Source: Macrostomum lignano
Taxonomy: Eukaryota
Length of the DNA stretch: 64,000 nt
Reading direction: 5' to 3'
NCBI GenBank assembly: GCA_002269645.1
Contig: NIVC01000023.1
Span: 372,001 to 436,000, forward strand
Shown here piece after piece: positions 36,296-48,278 of this stretch; the first letter of the stretch is position 1; each line of letters starts with the position of its first letter. A model generated the notes under the pieces. That model did no database searches. It worked only from the letters and a program-made list of their open reading frames with translations, and was not told the DNA's origin. A program made the position numbers and the translations under genes.

Positions 36296-38819
36296 GTGTC
36301 TGCACTCTACTGCTCCTAACAGCATTCTTATGTCTAATCGAAAACATGAAATTGTTTAAATTTATACTCAGTTGACATATAAACACCCGACAGTTGACAT
36401 CTTGTCAAACACAAAGATACATTTAGTTGAAGACATTTATTATCTTTAGGATTAGTGATTGGCTACACAGTATAGCCGCACAGCTCAGCAAGGGGATTAT
36501 AATGAACGATGGGCAAATAGAGCTTGCAAGAGACCGCGGACGGGCTTCGGCTACTCATGAATAATCCATCGGTAGAAGCATCGAAGGCTTATACATGTAC
36601 ATGTAGGGTAGGCTTATAGCAATTGCCCCAGGGAATTGCGCCCGGCTCTTGGCTTAGCTAGCTATGGGAAATTAGATAGCAAAGGCAGGCGCGCCGAAAG
36701 CTCAACCAAAATGCCACTGGGCCACTGCACTGTGCCCTTCGGAATATTAAATGCAACAACGTGTCCTTCGGTCTCTTTGCTTCTTCTCTATAACGTTTCT
36801 TGTTTTTTGGGTTATTTTTTCTTAGTCTCATGTTACTAGTTTGTCTTAATATTTAAAAGCTATTTTTAATTCAAAATAGTCCGCTTTCTCATTAAAATGA
36901 CACACTCCTCTTACTTGTAGTAGTGTGATACATGCGTTAATTATTTTTGTTGTTTTAATCTAATTCTTGAATTGAATTGTTCTATAATTATTCAATATTA
37001 TTGACACCAGAAACAGATTATTAATTTCTTTAACTTTTAGCTTATTTTGTTGAGTCTAACCATATTAAATTTAATCTTCTGTCTATATTATATAATTGTT
37101 CTGTTTGTTGTTGGTCTCCGCGAACGCAGATTTAGAGTCTGTGTGCAAACCACACAAATGATATAATTGACTATGCTAATTAATAATTTATTCGATATGT
37201 ACTGCAAAAGTTATTATGCCATGGTACATGTGTGTGGTTTAGTTTAAAACATCAATTAAATTCTTAACTCATTTCAGCACTTATTAGTTTTCATCATTTA
37301 GACCTACAGATTAAGTTATAGTATTTTTGCAATTCTGAATTCTGATAATGTTATACCTTCTTTCGAAACATTTCTTATTGCATTGTTCAAGCATATTTGG
37401 ACCAAAGTATTTGTCCTTAATTTTAAATACATGTAATAATAGTATCTTTAATTGCTGTTGCACTGGTTTAAAATACATATTCGTTTAAAGATTGTCACTT
37501 TTTTGTTCCGGAAATTTTGTAAAGATTATAGCTATCCGAATAAAACGTAAAAGAAAAAAGAATTTGATTACTTACCAATATAGATAGTAGCTTTGGTTTT
37601 TTAACCAGTTACTGTTACTCTAATTATTTAAAACATACATTTTTATTTTTATTATCGCGTGCTTGGCATATACGAGCGTATTACGACTGAATAAATATAC
37701 TTTCCTTTGTCAGTTTTATTTTCTGTTCACTTTTCGCTAACATTTTATAGCTAATAGCTGAAAACTTTGTGCACACGTTAATATAAAGAAAGTACTATAG
37801 TATATTTTTGTTGCCAAATACATATACAGTATATATAGCTATAGCAATGTTGTCAATGAATATATGCAATTCAGATAAACGATCAAATTTTGATGGGTCA
37901 TAATTTGTTATAGCTGAACTCTTTCGTGTTTGTGCCTGTACTTAGCATGCGCATTTAATTTTTTTGGTTGAATTAGGCCCTGCATGGGGATGGTATATAA
38001 TTGCAAAGCATCGGAGAAATACGAGTACTAATATTAAAAGTACTATTAAAACTATTACTATTACAGTAATATTAAAATTTTCCCTATACATTTTTTTGTA
38101 TTGTCTAAGAATTAAAATTTGTCAAAAATCATTGCTATATTTGTGTTAATGTGTTACAGAAAAAATAAATTCCTACGTTATTCCGCTCGCTTTAATCAGT
38201 TTGATGTACGCTCGTACTCTCTACAATTTACCCAAGAAATCTGCGTTTTTATTTGTTACATTATCTGTACAAGCACTTCCAGCCATCTTGCTGTGTGATC
38301 ACGACCACTCAGTCCACAGTTTCTATATGTTTAGCTGCATGCATATGTACAAATCATAATGTATCGAACATTCCTAAATATGTCATATCAGACCATCAAA
38401 TTTAATCAATTAGCATATTCTGCTGGTACTTTAAATTTAAAACTAATTAGAAATTAGAAAAAATAGCACTCGACACCCAAGCTCCACACTTGTCTTTTGC
38501 CACTCTAGACATATATTTGGCACTTATTCAATACATGTACTTGGCACACGCTTTATAGATGTGATAATTGCTTGCGTTGTGGATTAGAACAGTAACATAG
38601 ATTCTAGTAACTCGAAAGCTAAGTTCATATTAACAAAGTACTTCAACAACAAAAAAAGATTAGCCATATTATAGCAATAACAGAACCTCATTAGTTAGAA
38701 AATTTATGCTTCAATCGATAGCCATTGAGAAGGTACGCAATAGAAAACAACTACCGCGGTCAGTAGGTGTTCAAACAGGACAATTTATTAATAAATTAAC
38801 AGTCAAATAATCAGTATAC

Positions 38820-39090
38820 TAGCGCGGCGCTCTCATGTACCAGCCGGCAGCGGCCCAGGCTCGATTCCAAGTGCAGTCACAGTATTTTTGGGGGCTAAAT
38901 TGGGATCTCGGCTTGGCTCTGCTTTCGCAATTAATGCCAATTAGCTTGAGGGGCGTACATGTACGTATCCGCGCGCCTGTGTGCCTCAGGGGAGTCGGCG
39001 GAATGGGCAGTAACAATGTCTCTCGCCGATTGTGTGACAATGTCGCTTTAAGTGTTCCAGGGTGCACGCAGCCCCGCAGTCTCTTTCATT
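38820..39090 (+). mobile_element. tRNA-derived SINE, family A, copy 2
   Basis: Shares CCCAGGCTCGATTCCAAGTGCAGTCACA, GGCTTGGCTCTGCTT, GGAGT(T/C)GGCGGAATGG and CCAGGGTGCAC with 9361-9720; lacks ~70 nt present in copy 1. Confidence 0.65.
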
Positions 39091-39629
39091 CTCATTCGTA
39101 ATCATTCTCAGTTGGGGTCGGAAGTGATCCTCATTTTTTCTACTGATTGAACGTGCCATCAAACATGGCATCTGAGAGTGCACTTGACTGAACATCGGCA
39201 GTCAGCACTCGCTAGAGTAAGTGAAATCGGAATAGCGTATTATCCCACAGAAGTATTTGTTTCAGCGTAATTCTTTTCAACGGCAACCCAAAATAGAACC
39301 ATAATTTTTTTTCAAACGATTTTTTATTGTAGAAAGTAGATACTGTCAGTATAAAACAGAGCACACACTCATGTTGCACTACAGCTTTTTCGTTTCGTCA
39401 TGAGTATAATTAATTTTTGGACACCCCTCGCTTGTACTAGCGTATACCAATTGCGCGACGAACTTTAAACACCCAGTGGCCTACTGCTACTACAATGGAG
39501 ACTTGCCTCAGTCTCAACTCTCTTTTTTCTTCTTTAATAAGCTTGCAGTAATGCTAGAGAAACACGGATTCATTACTAAACGAACTATTATTCTTAAAAA
39601 GAATAATTTTAAGAAGAAAAGCAAAGACG

Positions 39630-39800
39630 CCCAATTTGGCAACTCGGATACCCAATATGGCACTCAAACACTCACTTTGGCCCTCTGACAACCAATTTGG
39701 CACTCTAACACTCAGTTTGGCACTCTGACAACCAATTTGGCACTCTAACACTCACTTTGGCTCTCTGACAACCGCTTTGGCACTCTGACAAACATAATTT
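39630..39800. repeat. 20-bp minisatellite TTTGGCACTCT(G/A)ACA(ACCAA/CTCAG)
   Basis: About 7 copies; reverse complement shares TGTCAGAGTG..CCAAA with the 30760 array. Confidence 0.85.
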
Positions 39801-40584
39801 CGCACTCGTTTTGAACTTACCAAAATGTTGCGATTTCAGGGCCAGTTTTACTGGCTCTGTAATCGGTTTTAGCTGACCGGGGCCGGTGCCTCTGTCCGCT
39901 GGGTGGGGGTGTGGGTGCGGTGTGCGTGGTGTGGGGTGGTGGGGGTTGGGGTCGCGCTGGCCCTTTTATTCGCGTGCTCTGCCCCTCAGCGTTGGCATGC
40001 TTGGCAAATTTTTTTTTCGTGCGTGCTTGCCTTTACCCTCTGCATTTCCCTTCTGCTTTTATCCCTCTGCTTTTATCCCATTGCTTGTAAATACTTCAAT
40101 TCGCGTCAAATACACTCGCTCTCGCTGGGCTCGTTTCGCCCGCCTTTTCGCCGCCACCCCCTGCGTTTTTTCCTCGTTCCTTTCGGTCCGGTTGGCTAAT
40201 TGCCTATTTCAATATCGAACTAATGAATTTAAGTTAGTGAGATAGTTGCTGTTTGCTTCCCGATTTTTATCACTTAAGCTTTACCTTAAGTCTCGAGCCT
40301 CTTCTGTCGGAAGCCTTCTTAGCTCTTAGTAGAGTAGGTAGTACTGCCACCAGTTCCTTCAGGTCTCGGCCTTCGGTGAGGTGAGCTTCTCGTCGGAAAG
40401 AAAGAAACAATTCAACGAACTCAGCACCGTCTGCAGATTTGCAGCTCAACGGACAAGGAGTCTCGTCAGCAGATCCTACCGGGCTTGGTGGGTGGATGGA
40501 AAAGCTGTGTTAGCCTCTCGTAGGCTAGGAGTTGGTTTTAGATGGGTCCCAGACAGACCAATAACAGAGTTAAACGTACATGTA

Positions 40585-43500
40585 CACTGAGACACAGACT
40601 CAGACGAGATTCTTAGGGAACACAAGATTGAACTGGCGGTTGAAGAACCTTCTTGACTGAACCAAGGGTGAGGGGTCTGCATTTATAGTGGGATTCACCC
40701 CTGCCCCAACACACAAGACCTCGTGACTTTGTTCTATTTTTAGAACTGACGTCACTGGGGTCTCCGGGCAGAGTGCACAAGGCTGTGACTCAGTGTCTAT
40801 TTTTAGAAACATGAGTCACTCCTCTCCTTAGAGAAGGGAAGGGCCTTAGGCACGTGATTCTCCCGTAAACACAAACATTTTTACTGCACTTTAGGACTCC
40901 AAGAAAACAAGATCTGTCATGTGACTTGCTCACATGACAGGGGAAACAGGCCAACAGCTTGACCTCAAGACTGGAACGAAACAAGGGCCCAGACCACAGC
41001 AGAGAATCTTGTGGCTGCAAACGAGAGCGCAGAAAACGGGCAGAAAACAGGAAAGGGGGGACCGCATACAGGCAGACAAAGGGAAGGCGGGAAGCTGATC
41101 AGCGGCAGACAGCGACCCAGGGCGAGGGCGAGGGCTTGACTTACTTGACTTAGCTGCAGGGCTGTCCCGGGGGGACACAGAGGGAACCCGCGAGCGCCCA
41201 TTCCGCTAATCCCTGAACGGCCGACGCGTCGCTATGGACGAAGGGTTGGCGCCGCCCAAGGAGGTCCCCCAGTGTCGCCAGCAGCTATGTACTCTCTGCA
41301 GAAAAAAGAGTTCAGCCCTGTGTGTGGCCCGAGGTAAGTGAGTCTGGCTCGCGTAAAGGCGGGACAGATGCTGACGAAATGCTCAGCGGTTTCGTCACCT
41401 GAGTTACAGAAACTACAGATGGCGTTGGTGGCGTTGCCCTGCAGGTACTTGTGCCTAGAGAAGCAGCCGTGACTTGAGAGGGTCATGGTGGCAGCCCGGA
41501 TGTCTCTGCGCGACAGGCGCAAGAGGAGCTTCCGGGCTGGTGAGAGGGCTGAGGGACAGCGCCTCTGGATTGCCTGCAGGTAGTGCAGTTCGCCCAAGCC
41601 GAGCGGTGCTGGGTCCTGATCCACGCGTTGATGCGCGAGTCGATGACACAGCCAGGAATCGGGACAAGGGGTTCGGGACCGAGAGAGGAGCCGGAGGCGC
41701 CAACTTTTGCTAAGGCGTCAGCCAACTCATTCCCTCGGATCCCCACATGCCGCGGAACCCACTTAAGGGTGATTTTGTTGGTGGAGCTCAACATGTTGAG
41801 GAGTTGGATACGAGCACTGTAGCAGAACTGGGACTACAGCCACTGATGGCGTGCAAGGCAGCTTGGCTGTCCGAATGGAAAATGATGTTCTTACCGGATA
41901 CGCCAGTGGTGAGAAGCTCTGAAATGCAGGAGCTGATGGCGAGAACTTCACTTTGGAAGACACTGGAGTTGACCCCAGTGTACTGAGCGTGGGTTGCGAT
42001 GACCCTCCCGTTCAGGAAGATTCCAACACCAAAACCGGTTTTGGCTGACTTCTTAGAACCATCGGTGTAGCAGTGAAGCTCCCCATGGTTCCAGTGGTCA
42101 TTGATGGTATCGCGCGAGTCGAAAGCTACGGAGTAGCGTTGTCTCAGGTTGAGCGTTGTTGAGGCAATGCCATCGGTGAAGACGCGATTGGCCTGACACT
42201 CGTTGAGAATGTTGAGGCACAGGTCGCTATGCGGGACGAAGTTCCGCTTAGCAGGTGCCCTCATGTAAAGGAATTTGATACCGGCATCAAGTAAACGCCG
42301 CGTCGTTCTAGCCGCCTCACCCCTGACGAAGAGGTCGAGAGGCGGTAGATTAAGGAAGGCCCCCATGCCGGCAAAGGGCGTGGACCTGGTGGCGTTGCAG
42401 ATAAGCCTACACGCTCTGTCCTGGATCGTGTTGAGCAAATCTGCATGGCTTTTGACCTGGGTAGCGCAACCCAGACAACCGAGGCAGGTACGTAATGGCA
42501 GGTCTAACTACGGAAGTGTAGATCCACCAAAGCCGCTTTGGAGAAAGACCCCAAGAAGTGCCAAGTGCTCGTCGGAGCTGGGCCAGGATGACTGAGGCAT
42601 GCTTGGCTTTTGCTTTCACGTGGAAGGACCAGTTGAGCCGGTGGTCAAGTATGACCCCGAGACATCTGGTCTGGTGCGCGAAGGCAATATCTCTGCCGTA
42701 TAACTGCAGAGGTCGTATGTTCCAGCGTATTCTGCTGGTGAACATAATGGCAACAGTTTTGGGCTCAGAGAGTTCCAGACCGTTGTCATTGGCCCAGGAT
42801 TCTGCTTTGCGGATAAAGCTCTGCATCAGATCCCTGAGCGTGCTGGGGGACGGCTCTGCCACAATGGCAGTGACGTCGTCAGCATACCCGACTTTGAAGA
42901 CGGGATCAGGTCGGGAGTCGCCCAGAAGAGCGTCCATGACCAGGTTCCAGAGCGTCGGGGTGAGGACTTCACCTTGGGGTCCGCCCTTACAAACTCTGGC
43001 GGAGGCAGTTTGCCAAAGAAGTTGGGCAGTGACCGTAAGGTTAGAGATCATGTACATGATCCACCGTATGGGGGTAGCGTGAGCTTTGCGGTTTTTAAGG
43101 GCCCTCTGAAACCCTTCAAAGATAACGTTGTCGAAGGCGCCAAAAATTTCGAAAAAAAGAGCCAGGGCGTAACCGTCATCCATTACCGCCCGTTCAATGT
43201 TCTCGACTATCGCATGCAGGGCGCTGTCAGTCGACCTCCCGGTACGGAAGGCGTGCTGGTGATTGCTGAGGTGCATTGCTGTCAGCTCGCATGAAAGCAG
43301 CCGCCAGAGAATAAGCCTCTCAGTGAGCTTAAGTATTGCTGACGTTAAGCTAATTGGCCTAAAGGCCTTGACGCTCTGGTAGTCACCTTTCCCAGGTTTG
43401 GGAATGAAGACTACCCGAGCTTCGGTCCAGCACTTGGGAACGTATCCCATCTGGATAGAGGCCCACGTGAGATTGCGGGTAAGTCTCAAGAACGAGGGTA

Positions 43501-46500
43501 TCTTGGCTGCTTCACGAAGAAGAACAGGGTAGATACCATCAGGTCCAGGAGATTTGAAGGGTTTGAAGGTTCTGACCGCACGAGCGATTAAGTCTTCAGT
43601 GATAATGCCCGCCGCTAGGGTGGCTCCATCCATCGAATGGTTGGGTTCCGATCTAGCAGTGGGTACCCTCGGGAAGAATGTGCTGAGCATATGCTGAATC
43701 ACTTCTTCAGGGTCTTCTCTTCCGATCATGGCTAATTTGGATATTTTGTCCATTGTAAGGGCCTTGACAAGCCTAGAAGTAGGTCTGTCTTAATCCAACT
43801 CATTGCAGAATTGGCGCCATTTACATTCCTTGGCCTTGCGCACTTAGATTTGAAGTTGTGGGAGGCTTGTCGGAAAAGTTCCATGTCCTCCTGGTTTCCG
43901 GTCTTCATGGTACGCCGGTGAAGGCTTTTGGCCTTCCGTCTGAGTTTCCCCAGCTCCGGGTTCCACCACGGCGCCGAGGCACGGAGAGGGCTTTGTAGGC
44001 ACGGACAGGGCAGGCCGCTTCATAGGCTGCAATAATGCAACCTGTCAGCGTCTCAGCCACATAGTCCACATCCTCGCAGGTCTTAATCGGACGTAAGTCC
44101 GTGAGTTCCTGCAGGTGCAGATCAAGGGTAGCCTTATAGGCTGCCCAATCAGTGTTGCGGATGTTACGCCTCCAAGTGATCGAGGACTGGAGTTTAGTGT
44201 CCACGATTTTAAAGGCGATAAAGTAGTAGTCAGACAGGGAGGGCTCCTTAGACCAGACTTCACTTCTCAACTCTGTCAAAGAGTCTTGGGGTAGCGAGTG
44301 TGGCATCGAGGACCTCAGTCCATCTGCCATTGTTAAAGGTAGGAGTGCTACCGCGGTTGCAGAGCATGAGGTATGTGTTAGAGATAAGGGCCAGAAGCTC
44401 CTCCCCTCTAGTATTGGTGTCTTTGCTGCCCCAGTGCTTGTGGTGCGCGTTGAGGTCGCCCCCCTAAGCACAGCTCAGCGTTCTGGGACTCGCAGTACTG
44501 CGCAAGGCGCAGTAGACTTTCAGGTGCAGGGTCTCTGTCGCCTGAAATAATCGAAGCAACGAGACACGTCCGCGGAGAGAGATGATTAGATTGGATGACG
44601 CAGAGGTCTTCATCTGAGAGATCAGTTCTCAGCCAAGCCTGGAGATGGCTGGCAGCGAGGATAGCCGCTCTAGGGCGGCTGTTCCCCGGGCCACACACAT
44701 AAAAATCAGAGTAGCCAGAAGGAATGTTGGGCAACTTACCGTTGCGCATCCAGGGCTCCTGGATCAGAATGAGGCCTGGCCTTTACACCTCAGAAATCTT
44801 CATCAGATTTACTGACGCAATGCTTTAAATTTATTTGCAGACAGAGTGTCGCTCCTTTGGCAGCGTGGAGCTTAGTCAGCTGGCTAGAACCCCAGGCCAT
44901 CAAGGAGACTTGGACAGCAAATCGTCCTCGTCCCAGGCCGTTGGGGCTTGACTGGGAGATGGGAGTTGGTCGATGTCCATGGCATCCTGACCCCCACCAG
45001 CCCCCCAGCAGAGTCCTCGGGCTCCGATGACAGGATGGAGGAAGCTTCCTCATCTCATCTTTGCCTTCAGACCCCACCAGGGTGGCTGAGAGCTCGGATT
45101 CCGAAGACCCGGCCTCGTCCTCAACTCCTTCTCCGGCTGGCAGGTTCGGTTCCCGGGGCTTGGCCGGAGCCGTCACCGCGGTCGTCGAACTGCTGCTAGC
45201 AGAGGGGCGAGACGCAGCTCCGGCTTTGGGATCGGCTTGCGCCTTTCCTTGGGCCTTAGACTGCACCCCGCTCTTGCCGGAGATGCCGGGGTTGGCAGAA
45301 GCTTTCCCTTTGGCAGACTTTCCTCGGCGCATCTTGAGCTTGAGGGCACCCAGCTGGAAAGAGGATCCGTTAGGGTACCGACTCGCCCAAGCGTTGGAAA
45401 GGCCGAGGACGATTAATTTGCCCGTTTCCCCCCTGCGGACATTACGATGATACACCAGTCCACTAGCAGAGAGGTCGGGATTCAGGCGCAGTAGGACCCG
45501 GCGAAAAACGTCTGGTCCAGCTGCGGTGCTTTTTGCAGGGACAAAAACCACATAGGGTATTGTCTTTGGACGCTGGCCTTTGCGAAGAAAAAGGGCTCCG
45601 CCGTGGTCAACATCCAAGGAGACCGTTGGCAGCCGCTGGAGCAGCTGCTGAGCGTCCTCATCACTGCTAGGAGCGGTAAGAACGAATGTGCTTCGCAGCA
45701 CCATCCGCTCAATGCCGATGGAGATTCCCTCCTCGACAGTCAGCTCAATCAGATAGGAGTCAATAGCACCACACACTTTTTGAAGCTGATCAGTGGTCTA
45801 GTCCTGGTCGCGACCTTGAATGATCACTCCCGGGATTTTGGCCTTGGCCTTCGCCGCAAAGGTAGTTCCCGAAGAAACCTCCTTGTTGGCAGTGGCCATT
45901 TGTTGCGCCGTGGTTTCGGCCTCAGCAGCCGCAGCAGCATCTCCAGGGAGCGCCGCCGCCGAACTACCGGAGCTTCCACCGGCCGGCCCGTCTAGTTGCC
46001 TTGGGACGCCAGTCGCTTCAGCGTCCGTGGTGGACGCCGCCGCTTTGGTCCCCGCAGCTCCCTTCTTGGCCTGCCTTTTGGCGCGTCGCTTAGCGCGTTT
46101 GCGCTCGAGCCGAGCCCGCTGAGCTTTGTCGGATCTGCCAGATTTGGCCGGTCCTTTAGGCTCAGAGCCCGCGGTTCCCTTTGATCTACCAGCAGAGCTG
46201 GCAGGTCTTTGGGTGTTTTGGTTTTGGTAGCTCTGGTTGGATCTGGTTGGAAGGCCAGCCGGTCCTTCCTTTGCCACAGTTGAATCAGTCGGTTGGGATC
46301 TGCCAGCAGGGCCGGCCGGTCCTTCGGACTGAGGTTGGGGTTTAGAAGGGTCCCCGTCCCTAGAATTAGCTTGATTATCCATAGTCGGCTTGAAGGCCAT
46401 GATAAAGATTGGTGGGCTACCCTCGAAGGGGCGCGGTACCCACCCGGCCGCTCCACCTGACCGGGCAGTAGGCCGGCCCGACACCAGGAGAGGGACCGCT

Positions 46501-46955
46501 TGCGACCGGACAACTCCCCGGCCTTCCAGCCCATCGGCACGGTCGAACACCTTAGGCATTAGAGGGTGCGTTGAGCAGTACCACGGCCTGCGGACTGGCG
46601 AGCCAGACCCGCATACACAAGTTCGGCAAAGCCACTGGATGGGTCCCCAGCGCCGGAGCCCAGTCTGTCCGGCAGCCCTAGGGTCTGCCTTGAACACACG
46701 CGGGGACGAGTACCCTGGGTCGGCTTGCGAGACAGCGTGGGGGGGGGTCTGCGGCTGCCAGCGGCAAATAGAGGGTGCAGACCTCCCTCCAGCCTTTACC
46801 TGCTGAAGATAGGGGCAGGCGTGGAGCATCGCAGACCTTAGCCCATAGGCCTGGTCTGTCTCATACTTCACTGGCATGCTTAATATGCCCGTGCGAGCGA
46901 GGGCGAGGGCGAGGGAAACTGCTGACAAAGGGGGGCGCCTAACACCAAACTAGCG
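40585..46955 (-). mobile_element. Near full-length, inactivated non-LTR retrotransposon: ORF1 (basic, gag-like) - APE - RT - RNase H - CCHC (LOA/R1-like architecture)
   Basis: ORF1 pieces 45798-46928 and 44790-45776 (same frame, one TAG). APE: LQINLKH, LILIQEPW, GGDLNAHH.WGS. RT 42407-43753: KSPGPDG, FRPISLTS, QHAFRTGRST, GGPQG, YADD. RNase H: YTDGSK, VFQSEVLAI, HSDSQAAL, WVPRHVGIRGNELAD. Zinc knuckle CSFC..ETAEHFVSIC. Several frameshifts; exact ends and TSD not defined. Confidence 0.9.
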
Positions 46956-47679
46956 GATCACTACATTATTCTTGAACAGTAACATTCTACTATAACCCGA
47001 AAGCTAAGTTCGTATTGACAGAGTTCTCAGTCTTCATGAGTATAATTACTTTTTGGAGCCGGCCCTCGCAATTGTAGCACCGGCGAGACGAACTTTGAAC
47101 ACGTCGCAGTGGCCCGCTACAATCGAGACTTGTCTCAGTCTCAACTCTCTTTTCTTATTCTCTAATAATAGCGTACTACGACCAGGCTATGGAAACACGG
47201 ATCTAAGAGAACAATTTTAAGAAGCAGACAGAGACTGCAGACAGAGCACAGAGCAGAGGCTGAAGGATGTCTGTCATCTTGAGTTTTATTTATTTCTTAT
47301 CTGTGATGCTACTCTATTATAACTAAAACGTCGAGATCAAAAAAACTATCTTCGTCCTTTAAATATGAATAAAAAATTCTATTCTTAGAACTTCGTCATT
47401 TTTTCGATTCCGTAGCATCCGCATGCAGAATGGGTATAATTGCAAGACGAGGCGGCAGAAAAATGTGTGTAAAACTGCTGAGAAAGAAGCTGCGCTTTTA
47501 CCTTTGAGACATCGGACTTCGTGAGTTTTATTTCTGTTCAGATGAGCAATTACAGGGATCAAGCATATTATTCATCATTATAGGGCCTAAGTGTAACAAT
47601 CCCCCTATCCATTGATAGTGCCCTCCCCCCAGTATAGTGTGCCCCACTCGTGAACACGAGGACATTGCCCTCTTTAGTG

Positions 47680-48010
47680 TCTCCAGAAACAGTGCCCCAC
47701 TTGAGGACAGTGCCCCCAAGGACACCCCCGAGGACAGTGCCCCCCCGAGGACAGTGCCCCCCCAGAGGACAGTAGTCCCCAGAATAGTGCCCCCAGGATA
47801 GTGTCTCCAAAGACAGTGCCCCCGAAGACAGTGCCCCCGAGGACAGTGGCCCCCGAAGACAGTGCCCTCAGAATAGTTCCCCCCCCAAAATACTGTAGTA
47901 TTTCTAAAGACAGTGGCTCCCCCCAGGAACTGTGGCTCCAGGATTGTACCGCCCAGGACAGTGCCCCCCTTCGAGGACACCGCCCTTGAGGACAGCGCCC
48001 CCGATGACGG
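47680..48010. repeat. Degenerate ~16-bp minisatellite GACAGTGCCCCC(C)GA(G/A)
   Basis: Lies between a strong donor (GTGAGT, 47521) and the acceptor at 48252, i.e. in a probable 5'UTR intron. Confidence 0.85.
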
Positions 48011-48278
48011 TGCCTCAGAATAGTGCTGCCTAATTACACCTCGGAGATTGCATCGCGAAATTGGCGCTTTACTCGTACATGAGCCAAGCCATCTTGCTTG
48101 GATGGCCAGCTTCCTTTTAGAGCGTCTTTTAGAAGCAGACAAAAAAATAAAAATCCACTGAAGTCCAACACACTTGTCTTTTCTATAGAAAAATGTAATT
48201 TTCTCGTTTATCTACTAATAATAATCCCAAAATCACGCTTTCTCAATATCAGGTTAAAGAAGAATAAGAAGAGCAAAG

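Noticed and set aside
40290-40520. Short minus-strand coding-like stretch next to the LINE 3' end
   Set aside because: No start, splice sites or recognisable domain.
44790-46928. Programmed readthrough or natural ORF1-ORF2 fusion in the LINE
   Set aside because: The copy has many other disablements, so the TAG and the apparent fusion are more simply decay; a family consensus is needed.
3095-48096. AGCCATCTTG at 3095, 38281 and 48087 as evidence of duplicated promoters
   Set aside because: A short YY1-like motif; three hits are insufficient to call promoters or paralogy.
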